Assembly (NCBI GenBank): GCA_947178445.1
Contig: CAMWYJ010000002.1
Coordinates: 96,479-160,478 of the forward strand
Direction: 5' to 3'
DNA length: 64,000 bases
Source: an uncultured Clostridium sp.
Lineage (GTDB): Bacteria > Bacillota > Clostridia > Lachnospirales > Lachnospiraceae
The notes beneath the pieces were generated by a model, which saw only the letters and a list, made by a program, of their open reading frames with translations, made no database searches and was not told the DNA's origin. Both the position numbers and the translations under genes were made by a program. Of the stretch, positions 1 through 8,950 are shown one piece after another (position 1 is the first letter of the stretch; each line of letters opens with the position of its first letter).

Positions 1-288
1 AAAAATCATCAATATTCCCCCTAGCAGGAGCGCACCTCGCTTCACATATTTACTAAATTTTCTTTCCCTGTCAATCTTTTTTATCATATCCACATTCTCC
101 TTCAACATACTGTCTAAGGAAACCTCAAAACGTTCACTCATATCTACCAATGTCTGCAAATCGGGATAGCTTTTTTCCGTCTCCCAGTTAGAAACCGTCT
201 GCCTTGTGACAGCAAAAATAGAAGCAAACTCCTCCTGTGTCATCTCCTTTTCCTTCCGAATATTCAAAATACTCTCTCCTATCTTCAT
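1..288 (-). CDS. XRE-family helix-turn-helix transcriptional regulator (C-terminus runs off the window edge)
   Basis: Absent from the ORF track because there is no stop in the window. Minus-strand ATG at 288 is preceded by GGAGGA (295-300). My translation MKIGESILNIRKEKEMTQEEFASIFAVTRQTVSNWETEKSYPDLQTLVDMSERF is a canonical Cro/C1-type HTH. Confidence 0.8.
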   Translation of the reverse strand, partial: MKIGESILNIRKEKEMTQEEFASIFAVTRQTVSNWETEKSYPDLQTLVDMSERFEVSLDSMLKENVDMIKKIDRERKFSKYVKRGALLLGGILMIF

Positions 289-317
289 ACCATGTCCTCC
301 TTTTTAATTTAAATTTT

Positions 318-369
318 ATCTAAGTCATTGCGAAACTCCCTATTTCCAAAACCTAGTTTTGCAATGACC
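318..369. repeat. Foldback copy of the ATTGCGAAACTCC..AAAACCTAGTT element (related to the inverted repeats at 8951-9216)
   Basis: GTCATTGCGAAAC..GTTTTGCAATGAC forms a 12-13 bp stem. About 40 nt are roughly 85% identical to 8951-8992. It lies about 30 nt upstream of the XRE start codon. Confidence 0.5.
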
Positions 370-451
370 TACATAATTTTTATTCATTGCAATGTCATAA
401 ACCTATTATGTGGTACACAAAATGAAAAATCCAGCAAATCCTTTTTGCACA

Positions 452-483
452 AATAAAAAGAGACGCAAAGAATCTTTGCGTCC
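452..483 (-). terminator. Rho-independent terminator after the two-component operon
   Basis: GACGCAAAG-aat-CTTTGCGTC hairpin followed on the minus strand by TCTTTTTATTT. Confidence 0.7.
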
Positions 484-505
484 CAGTCAGCGGGTCAACA
501 AACCT

Positions 506-1756
506 CTACACCTTCTTCAAAAATAATGTCACCCGAAATCCTGTCTCCCCCTGATCACATATATTGCTACACTCCATGCCTCCATGCATCCGCTCCATAA
601 ACATATCAGCAAGATAGAGTCCAAGCCCAGAACCTGTTTTTCCCTTCGTATTACTTCCCCGGTAATACTTTTCCGTAACACACGACAGCTCTTCTTCCGA
701 TATCCCCTGTCCATAGTCCCTAAGCCGGATTAGGATTCCCTCTCGTTCCTCCACAAAGGAGACATCAATTGCAGTCCCCGCATATTTGTTGGAGTTGCTC
801 ACCACATTATCCAGGACTTGGGATAACCTTAATTTATCCATATAGACAAGGCACTCCGGTATTTCACCCTTTATCTGGATATTTCCATAAAATTTCAGCT
901 CATCTAATATTTCCTTAATCTGTAAGCTGCTTTCCTCTGACGGTTCTACCTTTAATACTTCCAACTCCTCCATCGCTGCCTGAAACAGATTTTCTACCAG
1001 TGCATCCATCACCTCTGCCTTTGCGGCAATGATATTAATCTTCTCTATCGTATCCGCATTTTTCTCCTTTATCAGCAACACTTCACAGGTTGCCTTTATC
1101 GTGGAAAGCGGTGTTTTAACATCATGGGACAATTCCGCCATCAGCTCCTTTTTACTCCGGTTTGCCTGATATTCGCTTTCCTTGGCACGCTTCAGTTCTT
1201 CCCTTAGCAAATCAAAGCTCTCTGTAAATGCTCCAAAAAAATTATTTTTGTTCATCGGAAGCGGCATATCAAAATTTCCCTTTGCAATCTCACCTGAAAA
1301 TCTCTGCAATCGCTTAAAGGGCGCAATAAAATGTGCATAAAAAATAAAGCAGAATACAATTCCTGCAAACAGTATCACTCCGCAGACAATTTCCAGCTTT
1401 ATCATCAAATCATGCTTCAATGCCTCATAAAGCTTTTCTCCATCGCTCCAAACTACTTTCCCCACAATCTCTTCCCTGCTTTTCAAGTCCAGAATAACCG
1501 CCTGTGAGCGCAAAGCCTCATTTAATCTTGTCTCATAATCTTTATCTGCGAAATATAAAATCTTACAGGCAAATCTCCGCTGTAACTCCTCTTTTTCCAC
1601 GGTCTCAGACAAGCCAGCTTCTATCTGCTTTAACTGCCCATTATAATATACCATATCCAGCGATGCCTGATTCTCCTCCTTGCACACCATATAAATTACT
1701 GCCATGATTCCCAGCAAAAGCACGACATAGGAAACCGCTATATATCTAATCTTCAT
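506..1756 (-). CDS. Sensor histidine kinase (TM-HAMP-HisKA-HATPase)
   Basis: N-terminal and second TM segments, H-box SHDVKTPLSTIKA, N-box NVVSNSNKYA, G-boxes DYGQGIS and GSGLGLYLA. Overlaps the upstream response regulator by 11 nt. Confidence 0.9.
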   Translation of the reverse strand: MKIRYIAVSYVVLLLGIMAVIYMVCKEENQASLDMVYYNGQLKQIEAGLSETVEKEELQRRFACKILYFADKDYETRLNEALRSQAVILDLKSREEIVGKVVWSDGEKLYEALKHDLMIKLEIVCGVILFAGIVFCFIFYAHFIAPFKRLQRFSGEIAKGNFDMPLPMNKNNFFGAFTESFDLLREELKRAKESEYQANRSKKELMAELSHDVKTPLSTIKATCEVLLIKEKNADTIEKINIIAAKAEVMDALVENLFQAAMEELEVLKVEPSEESSLQIKEILDELKFYGNIQIKGEIPECLVYMDKLRLSQVLDNVVSNSNKYAGTAIDVSFVEEREGILIRLRDYGQGISEEELSCVTEKYYRGSNTKGKTGSGLGLYLADMFMERMHGGMECSNICDQGETGFRVTLFLKKV

Positions 1757-2450
1757 CTTCTATCTCCAACATATATCCCGTCCCCCAGATTGTCTTTATC
1801 ATCTCAGGCTCGTTGGGATTATCCTCTAATTTTTCACGCAGCTTACGGATATGTACATTCAATGTACCATCACTGAAATAAGTATCTCCCCATACCACAT
1901 CAAACAGCGTTTCCTTGCTAACAATGGTATTTCTATGTTCAAAAAGACATTTTAACAGCTTAAATTCCTTTGCCTTCAAAACAACCTCTCTGCCCTTCAC
2001 AAATGCCTTTAAGGTCTCTTCCTCTAATCGAAAATTCCCACAGGAAAGGCCAGCACTGCCCACACACTCTGTTTGGCTCTGACCGCTTTTCATACGCTTC
2101 AGCATCACCTTTACCTTAGCCAGCAGTACACTTAACGTATACGGCTTTTTTATATAATCATCCCCACCGATATTTAATGCAATCAATACATCATCATCAC
2201 TCTGTCTCGCACTGATAAACAGGATTGGTATATCTGACTGCTCCCTGATTTTCTTACAAAGTGAAAATCCACTCTCCTCCTGCAGGTTAATATCCAATAG
2301 CAGAAGGTCTGCCGTATTCTCCTTTATAAAAGAAAAATATTTTGCCGGTGTATCCAGCCAGGCACAGGTTACATCAAATGCCTGAAAATATTCACATGTC
2401 ATTTTTGCCAAATCGGTCTCGTCATCTATGATTAAACAATTATAGTGCAT
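1746..2450 (-). CDS. OmpR-family response regulator (REC plus winged helix)
   Basis: Receiver motifs (IIDDE, LLLLDINL, KKP) and a C-terminal trans_reg_C pattern (EFKLLKCLFEH..VSKETL..VWG..TLNVHIRKLREKL). Confidence 0.9.
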   Translation of the reverse strand: MHYNCLIIDDETDLAKMTCEYFQAFDVTCAWLDTPAKYFSFIKENTADLLLLDINLQEESGFSLCKKIREQSDIPILFISARQSDDDVLIALNIGGDDYIKKPYTLSVLLAKVKVMLKRMKSGQSQTECVGSAGLSCGNFRLEEETLKAFVKGREVVLKAKEFKLLKCLFEHRNTIVSKETLFDVVWGDTYFSDGTLNVHIRKLREKLEDNPNEPEMIKTIWGTGYMLEIEDED

Positions 2451-2469
2451 GCCTGTTCTCCTTCTATAA

Positions 2470-2720
2470 AGCCCTTATATTCCTCCAGCGCTTTCTGATC
2501 CGTCATCGAATATTCCCAGAACATATTGAGCGCAGGAAATCAAAATAATGCTTCTGCAGCTCCTCCGCCTCCCGTTTTTCGCGTATCACGCAGTTCCATT
2601 CGTCAATTAAAAAGATAAACTGTCTGTTTTTTTGCCCTGCTTAAAAAATTCCTATGAAACATACCTCGATTTTTACAGCCAATCAGCCATGAGCAAAACT
2701 CTGTTCTCATTATATAAGAG
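2470..2720 (-). pseudogene. Frameshifted remnant, possibly of an AAA-ATPase-like (DUF1703-type) gene
   Basis: Three short minus-strand reading segments in three frames (..AKKQTVYLFN / IDEWNCVIREKREAEELQKHYFDFLRSI / MTDQKALEEYKGFIEGE). The FIDEW Walker-B-like piece resembles that family from memory only. Confidence 0.3.
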
Positions 2721-2764
2721 CGGTTGTAAATTAACAAGAGTAAACACACTTACCAAAAGTATAA

Positions 2765-3355
2765 TCATTTAAGATAACATATCACAACCTGCTTTCCATT
2801 ATTTTCTCCTATTTCCACTATATCATAATTCTTTTCGCAATACTCTCTGATACCAATAGTATCGGTCATCTTACGAATAAAAAACATCAACATAACCCTA
2901 TCTTTTTTCATGTCTTTTTGTATTAACAATATATTTTTACTTTTTTGTCCTTTATTTTGTTCGTTTAAGATTTTCAACAGTCTTAGTTCGTGAACTGTAT
3001 ATTTTTCAATCGTATCAAAGCTTAGAACAATAAATGTGTTTTTTTCAAATGTTCGAATATATTCTTTCTTCTCCTGATATCTTTTTCTATTTGTTGCGTT
3101 TTCAATCGTTCCAGCTATCCCTTGAATCACACCTGCAAGATAAATACAGCTCATAATCCACTGACTTCCATCATCCTCCATCAAAAAATGCAGCCATATC
3201 ATACTGTAAGACAGCATTACCAGCAGCATCCATCTTTCTGCTCCATAACGATTATATCTTATAACATTAGGCAGTACGCTAAACAGCATTTCGCAGATTA
3301 ACATTATTAATATAATGATTATTTTCATATAGATATGATCTTCCCTTTTCTCCAT
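2765..3355 (-). CDS. Hypothetical membrane protein (3 predicted TM plus a cytoplasmic C-domain)
   Basis: 196-aa ORF in a markedly AT-rich stretch with a hydrophobic N-terminal half. Alternative start at 3328 (MKIIII) has a better purine-rich SD. Confidence 0.6.
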   Translation of the reverse strand: MEKREDHIYMKIIIILIMLICEMLFSVLPNVIRYNRYGAERWMLLVMLSYSMIWLHFLMEDDGSQWIMSCIYLAGVIQGIAGTIENATNRKRYQEKKEYIRTFEKNTFIVLSFDTIEKYTVHELRLLKILNEQNKGQKSKNILLIQKDMKKDRVMLMFFIRKMTDTIGIREYCEKNYDIVEIGENNGKQVVICYLK

Positions 3356-3519
3356 CTAAATCGACAACCGCTGTTTCAAAATCCCGCTCATGGAATAAAT
3401 TTCTTGTGCAACTTCCAGCTCACTCATCTTTGTACAATACCCACTATTTTTAAATGATTTGGCTTTTGACAAACATTCCTTTTTACTAAGATATGTTATT
3501 AAAACACAGTTCCACCTTT

Positions 3520-3699
3520 TTACTTTTTAAAAACAAAAACACAGGCAATGAGTAAAACAATAAGAAACAACGTATTTATCTTCAATACTAAAGTATCATT
3601 AAAAAATATTTTTTCTCCTATGCTATAAGTAATGACCGCTCGCTCTATAATTGTTGTGCAAAGCATAACTACCATAATAATTTTTACTATTTTTTTCAT
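3520..3699 (-). CDS. Small hydrophobic protein (59 aa, 2 TM), candidate
   Basis: Hand-translated as MKKIVKIIMVVMLCTTIIERAVITYSIGEKIFFNDTLVLKINTLFLIVLLIACVFVFKK. It is just below the 60-aa track cutoff and has a weak SD. Confidence 0.35.
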   Translation of the reverse strand: MKKIVKIIMVVMLCTTIIERAVITYSIGEKIFFNDTLVLKINTLFLIVLLIACVFVFKK

Positions 3700-3833
3700 T
3701 TTACTAATTCCTGCTTCCTTTGAATCTTTACTAAATGTATTAAATGATTTTCCAATAATTCTTTCTTATTTTTATTCAACGAGTTTTCGATGCTAATCTG
3801 TATAATTCTTCTTTCTTGAGAAAAAGCGGAAAA

Positions 3834-4046
3834 TCAGGCATACAACCAATACACATCCAAAAAAACACATCCTATTGAGGAAACCAAATAATCTCTAACA
3901 ATATAATAGGATATAAATTCACCAAAATAGCAACTTGAAACAATCAATGATATTTTCTTTTTCATTCGATTGTTTTCTTTAAGGAATTCACTCAATTCTA
4001 TTATTCCTGCAAGAAGAATAATTATCATCAAATAGGTCTCATTCAT
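3834..4046 (-). CDS. Small membrane protein (70 aa)
   Basis: Internal ATG at 4046 (MNETYLMIIILLAG..) is preceded by GGGAGGGAAGAGA. The longer track ORF start at 4088 lacks an SD. Confidence 0.45.
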   Translation of the reverse strand: MNETYLMIIILLAGIIELSEFLKENNRMKKKISLIVSSCYFGEFISYYIVRDYLVSSIGCVFLDVYWLYA

Positions 4047-4227
4047 TCTCTTCCCTCCCTGCCGCTTACTCTTTAGGGAACTACCCATTGTCTAAAATCA
4101 CTAGGCTTCCTGCTTCATCTCCTCTGCAGCTACTCGAGTCCAAAATCTCATTTGTTGCAGACAACTTTTTGCAGGCTTATCCAATCTCTCCAATTCAATC
4201 CGTAATATCTTAAGCCAAAGATATGTA

Positions 4228-4282
4228 GTCATTACGCAACGCTACTGATGCTCATGCAGGTCATCAACCTTCGGTTGGTCAC
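4228..4282. repeat. GC-rich intergenic hairpin repeat (family copy A)
   Basis: CTGATGCTCATGCAGGTCATCAACCTTCGGTTGGTCAC nearly matches 29091-29138 and, in reverse complement, 9391-9415. Confidence 0.5.
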
Positions 4283-4284
4283 AA

Positions 4285-5859
4285 TTATAACAGCGGTGCC
4301 AGCGCTTTCGCAATGCACCCTGTCAATCTCATTCCCCATCCCTGCTTTAATACTGTTTCCATTGTTATCTCTGTGCATTGGTCCAGCGTCTGCCAAAAAT
4401 CCTCCTCAATATCAGAGATACATTTTGTATGGCACATATAGGTTGCACATTCAAAGTGATGGTAAAGGCTTCTATAATCCAGATTAATCGTGCCCACCAC
4501 CGCCTTTATGTCATCGCTGACAAATACCTTGGCATGGACAAAACCCGGTGTATATTCATAAATCTTCACCCCGGATTTTAATAAAGCATCATAATGTGTC
4601 TTGGCCAATGCATAGGGGATCCTTTTATCGGGGATTCCCGGCAGGATAATTCTCACATCAATCCCCCGCTCCGCGGCAAACTGGAGTGCCGCCTGCATCT
4701 CCCCATCCAAAATCAGGTACGGCGTCATAATATGCACATATCTACGGGACTGGTTTAAAATGTCCATATATACCCGCTCTCCCACTTTATCACGGTCCAG
4801 CGGATAGTCACCAAAGGGAAGTACATACCCCTTTGCCTCCTGTCGTTTCTCCACTGGAAAATGTATATATTTATCAAATTCCGGAACCTTCTCGTCCAGA
4901 TTCCACATCTGCAAAAACATCAGGGTAAAGCTTGCCACCGCCTCTCCCTTTAACATTACTGCAGTATCCTTCCAGTGTCCATACTTTTCCACATGGTTAA
5001 TATATTCATCTGCCAGATTCACACCGCCGTTAAATGCAGTGTGTCCGTCAATGACAAGAATCTTACGATGGTCGCGGTAATTATAATGTGTGGATACAAA
5101 AGGTGTCAGCGGTGCAAACATTTTGCACTGTATTCCAAGCTTTCTCAACCGCCTGGGATAGTCATGGGGCAGTGTAGAAAATTCACAGGTTCCGTCATAT
5201 AACACTCTGACCTCAACCCCCTCTGCCGCCTTTTTTGCCAGTATTTCCAAAATCTTCCCCCACATTACCCCTTCTTCTATGATAAAATATTCCAGAAAGA
5301 TAAAATGCTCCGCCTGTTCCAGCTGTATCAGTAATTCCTGAAATTTATCCTCCCCCAAAGGAAAATAATCCACCTCCGTATTTTGATAAACGGGGTAACA
5401 GCCTGTTCTTCCAATGTAGTGTGCCAGTGCAGTACTCTCCGGATTTTCTGCAGCCAGCTCCTGCAGGGTCTTGTCAGACTGCGGAAGACATTCCTTTGTC
5501 TCTCCAATCAACTGCTGTAGTCTTGCCTTGATTGCCCTGTGTCCGATATCCATTCTTGTATAAAGCAAAAAGATTGCACCGAATACAGGTAACAGCATAA
5601 TCACTATAAGCCATGTCAATTTCACATCTGATTCAAAGTCACAGTTAAACAGATAGATTACCATGATTGCCGTAAATAACACCGTACTTCCCATGATATG
5701 AGGAAGGAATTCACCAAACCACCAAAATGCACAAAGCAGGAAAAAAACCTGAATCACAAACAACACGAGAATCAATCCCAGACGACTGAACACAATGCGG
5801 ATTAAACCCTTCTTTCCTTTTTTCAACAGGTGCATTCCCACATTTTCTTCATTTTCCAT
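4285..5859 (-). CDS. cls: Cardiolipin synthase
   Basis: 524 aa with N-terminal TM helices and two PLD HKD motifs (HRKILVIDG.. and HAKVFVSDD..). Confidence 0.92.
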   Translation of the reverse strand: MENEENVGMHLLKKGKKGLIRIVFSRLGLILVLFVIQVFFLLCAFWWFGEFLPHIMGSTVLFTAIMVIYLFNCDFESDVKLTWLIVIMLLPVFGAIFLLYTRMDIGHRAIKARLQQLIGETKECLPQSDKTLQELAAENPESTALAHYIGRTGCYPVYQNTEVDYFPLGEDKFQELLIQLEQAEHFIFLEYFIIEEGVMWGKILEILAKKAAEGVEVRVLYDGTCEFSTLPHDYPRRLRKLGIQCKMFAPLTPFVSTHYNYRDHRKILVIDGHTAFNGGVNLADEYINHVEKYGHWKDTAVMLKGEAVASFTLMFLQMWNLDEKVPEFDKYIHFPVEKRQEAKGYVLPFGDYPLDRDKVGERVYMDILNQSRRYVHIMTPYLILDGEMQAALQFAAERGIDVRIILPGIPDKRIPYALAKTHYDALLKSGVKIYEYTPGFVHAKVFVSDDIKAVVGTINLDYRSLYHHFECATYMCHTKCISDIEEDFWQTLDQCTEITMETVLKQGWGMRLTGCIAKALAPLL

Positions 5860-5949
5860 TAAGCGTTCCTCCTTTGTTCACCAGCTTCCAAAACAGTCAA
5901 TCGGCACTCTTTCAGACTTTACAAAAATCCCCACGGCTGTATTCCAAAA

Positions 5950-6000
5950 CGTAAAAAGGCTGTCATTCCAACGATTGAAAAATCGTAATATTGACAGCCT
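5950..6000 (-). terminator. Terminator-like hairpin between the 431-aa gene and cls
   Basis: AGGCTGTCA..(26-nt loop with an inner ACGATT/AATCGT stem)..TGACAGCCT, followed on the minus strand by TTTTTACGTTTT. The large loop lowers confidence. Confidence 0.35.
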
Positions 6001-6212
6001 CCCCCCTATTTATTTTATAGCTTCTTTTTGTACTTGCACAGTTCATCTCAATAATGTCCGAAACACATCATCATATGGTGTATTTTTCATCTTAAGTACT
6101 TCTTCTTTATGCATATATTTTAACATCAAACAATGGCAAATACAATCTCTTTTCCTTTGGAGTTTTTACTATATCAAAAAAGTCGTTCCAAATACAATGT
6201 TTTTTCTTATCC

Positions 6213-7508
6213 CTATTTTTCTAGTGAAAAGCTCTTTAAATATGGTTCAAATACCCCTTCACTGTTATCCTCCTCCCTTGCACCCACAATATATACCTCA
6301 TCGCTGTTATTAGCACTATCCAAAATGTAATAAGTAAAAAATGCCCGCCGATTATCCACCGGAAATCTGCCTGACCATGCAACCTTATAGCCTTTCTGCT
6401 CTCCCAATACCACCGGCATATAAGAAAATGTTCCATACTTCCCTAAAGATTGTTCCAGCGCGCTGACAAAAGCCTTCGCCCCGAACTCTGAATTCTCATT
6501 CTTTAACTCTGCATTGGAAAAGTCAAAATATTCTCCTACCCCAAAATGTCCAAATACTTCAGCCAGATTGTTCTGCATATAGGATAACGGACTTTGGTCA
6601 AATTCCTTATCTCTTGTAAATTTTCCCAAAACCATACTCTTTCGAAAAGGGGCATCCTTTTTTACCTTTTCCTTCTCGGCACAAAAAATGAGATCTGCAG
6701 ATTCCCCTCCGTCATCCATCAACTTATGAACGAGTAATCCATGATATTCATCATACCCCTCCGGTACATCCATATATCCCGTAGTGGAATTCCCCACTCT
6801 TTTTCCCACTCCTGCCACCTGTGTACCTGGCTGCCTATTCCTCTTCAGTGAAAATGTTGTCAGATAATCCAGACAGTCTATGCCCTCCGGCTGATAGGAA
6901 GCAGTAATACAATGTATCACACCTTTTTTTTCCGGATCCTCTAAAATATATAACTGGTTATGATAGATTTTCCCTGCTTCTTCTATATTCCATTCACCAC
7001 TCATCCCTACTAAATCATTTACTTCAATAGGAGTTGCACTTGCATAGGAACCATCCTTCGCTATTATCGTATTTTCTTTCCACATCTGTTCGCTAAAATA
7101 GTCCCATGCATCATCTGCCCTTACTATTCTCTTCTTCTCGTCACACGAAAAATATTCCTGAAACCCTATTCCAATATAGGACTCCTGCTTTCTGTTTGGA
7201 GTCAGTATAGAAATCGTAATGCATGCCGTTCCTTCGGGATCATAAAAACGCACTCCCTCTCTGATCCCATCCTGACCACCGGCATAATTAGCATTCCCAC
7301 TGTCAAAAGAGCCTTTCATTACAAAGCCCTCCGGTACATCAATGTAACCATAAATATTATTTCCCACTCTTGGAGCCTTATCGGAATACTCTATTACCGT
7401 ATCATTATAATATGGCGTATATGCTAATATCCCCCATAAAACAAGCACTATCAGCAAAATACTGATAATTACAAGAAATATCCATACGGTTCCCTTTCTC
7501 TTTTCCAT
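6213..7508 (-). CDS. Membrane-anchored extracytoplasmic protein with an internal domain duplication
   Basis: 431 aa with an N-terminal TM (VWIFLVIISILLIVLVLWGIL). It has two similar modules, each opening RVGNNIYGYIDVPEGF / RVGNSTTGYMDVPEGY. I do not recognise the family. Confidence 0.7.
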   Translation of the reverse strand: MEKRKGTVWIFLVIISILLIVLVLWGILAYTPYYNDTVIEYSDKAPRVGNNIYGYIDVPEGFVMKGSFDSGNANYAGGQDGIREGVRFYDPEGTACITISILTPNRKQESYIGIGFQEYFSCDEKKRIVRADDAWDYFSEQMWKENTIIAKDGSYASATPIEVNDLVGMSGEWNIEEAGKIYHNQLYILEDPEKKGVIHCITASYQPEGIDCLDYLTTFSLKRNRQPGTQVAGVGKRVGNSTTGYMDVPEGYDEYHGLLVHKLMDDGGESADLIFCAEKEKVKKDAPFRKSMVLGKFTRDKEFDQSPLSYMQNNLAEVFGHFGVGEYFDFSNAELKNENSEFGAKAFVSALEQSLGKYGTFSYMPVVLGEQKGYKVAWSGRFPVDNRRAFFTYYILDSANNSDEVYIVGAREEDNSEGVFEPYLKSFSLEK

Positions 7509-7675
7509 TCATTCCTCATTCCTTCCACTCATACCGCATTCTGTCCATTCGTACCGCATTTTCCCACTCATGCCATATCGCTTCCATTCGTACCACATTC
7601 TCACCATCCATACCTGGTTTTTTCCACACATTTCGTCCATTCATTCCATATTTCGTCCGTTCATACCGCATTTGA
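7505..7675. repeat. Degenerate tandem array of about 20-bp units, about 8-9 copies (plus-strand consensus about CCAYTCRTACCRCATTYY)
   Basis: Units start at 7505, 7525, 7545, 7564, 7584, 7605, 7624, 7637 and 7657. The array abuts the start codon of the 6213-7508 gene and lies downstream of the anti-sigma gene. Confidence 0.8.
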
Positions 7676-7783
7676 CGGCTGCTGTGAGGATTACATACCC
7701 CGCTGCTTTACAGCACATCTTACTTAATGCCCGCTGCTTGCAGCAGAGTTGTTGACTCCCCTTTTTCTTTACAGTTCGTTATA

Positions 7784-8377
7784 TTAATTCCCTTTTTCCC
7801 ATAATGTGTATAAGATATTTCCATCCTTATCGCAATAATGCACTTTTGTTATCTCATTTTCTCCCTTATGGGTGGTATCATCTGCAAGCATGGTATAACA
7901 GGTTTGTTCCCACCATGCCAGCCTGAAATGGTCCGGAACATTTTCACCAATATAAAATTTTAAAACACCTTCACTGTCATCTACAATAATAATATCTCCT
8001 CTCGCACTCAAATTCTCACGCCGTAAATAAATACCATCCTCCATATGTACAACTTCCATATCTTTCATTAAATCATCGCCCACATAACTTACCGGTATCT
8101 CAGCTAATTGACACGCAAGATAGCCAGTGGCAATTACAATCAGTAAAAAAATGATGACGATCATCCTGAACAGAAGCTTTTTCCTGATTCTTTTAAACGG
8201 TTTAATATCTTTATCCTCTTCAATTAAGATATGACTCTGCATTCTTTCTAAAACTTCTTTACAATGCACACAATCGGATATATGATTTTCCAGCAGTTCT
8301 TTACTATCCTCGCTTAATACATTATCTACATACAACGGCATTAAATCATTGGCAATATTACAATTCATTTCTTTCAT
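7784..8377 (-). CDS. Anti-sigma factor (zf-HC2, single TM, extracytoplasmic domain)
   Basis: N-terminal HISDCVHCKEV zinc-finger anti-sigma motif, a central TM (LLFRMIVIIFLLIVIATGYL) and a 4-nt overlap with the upstream ECF sigma gene. Confidence 0.8.
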   Translation of the reverse strand: MKEMNCNIANDLMPLYVDNVLSEDSKELLENHISDCVHCKEVLERMQSHILIEEDKDIKPFKRIRKKLLFRMIVIIFLLIVIATGYLACQLAEIPVSYVGDDLMKDMEVVHMEDGIYLRRENLSARGDIIIVDDSEGVLKFYIGENVPDHFRLAWWEQTCYTMLADDTTHKGENEITKVHYCDKDGNILYTLWEKGN

Positions 8378-8928
8378 AACTGTCCTCCTCTTCTCTTTTT
8401 CCTATCATCTGTCTTATCCATCTCTTCTAAAGCATCACATATTTTCATTTTTGCCCGGTAATAAGTTACCCTTGCCCAGTTTTCTGTCTTATGATAAATT
8501 TCTGCAATCCTGCTATATGGCATCTCATGCAAAACCTTCAGTATAAAAACTTCTTTATACGGTTCCTCCATTTCGTCCAAAATCAGACGGATCTCCCTTG
8601 CTGATTCCGCATCTTCTATATCATCAAGTACCGGTTTTGCATAATCTGGGGTATTCAACAGCATATCCTCTATCCTGTCATTGGAAACCATACGCTTTTC
8701 TTTCCTTATGTAGTTCAAATAATCATTTTTTGCAATCTGGCACAGCCAGACACGGATGTCACAATCTCCACGAAATCTATATGCCGCCTGAATTGCTTTA
8801 TAAAAAGTATTCTGCGTGATTTCCTGTGCAATATCATTGTTACCGGATAGTGCTCTGGCGAAGCACAGCACGTCTTTATAGTATTTTTTATAGATAATAT
8901 CCATATCATTTTCACGTTTGTTCACCAT
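8374..8928 (-). CDS. ECF-type RNA polymerase sigma-70 factor
   Basis: Region 2 (DIAQEITQNTFYKA..) and region 4 (YSRIAEIYHKTENWARVTYYRAKMKI). Start reassigned to ATG 8928 (MVNKREND) behind GAGAGGTGAG, because the track ORF extension to 9087 reads through a repeat element. Confidence 0.85.
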   Translation of the reverse strand: MVNKRENDMDIIYKKYYKDVLCFARALSGNNDIAQEITQNTFYKAIQAAYRFRGDCDIRVWLCQIAKNDYLNYIRKEKRMVSNDRIEDMLLNTPDYAKPVLDDIEDAESAREIRLILDEMEEPYKEVFILKVLHEMPYSRIAEIYHKTENWARVTYYRAKMKICDALEEMDKTDDRKKRRGGQL

Positions 8929-8950
8929 CTCACCTCTCTTCCTTTTATTT

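Noticed and set aside
4228-4282. Possibility that the GC-rich hairpin repeats are integron attC sites
   Set aside because: The arms do not match the RYYYAAC / GTTRRRY core sites, no intI integrase is present, and the flanking genes are core housekeeping genes rather than cassettes.
7505-7675. Possibility that the 20-bp tandem array is a CRISPR array
   Set aside because: The units are contiguous with no unique spacers, are degenerate, are too short, and no cas genes are nearby.
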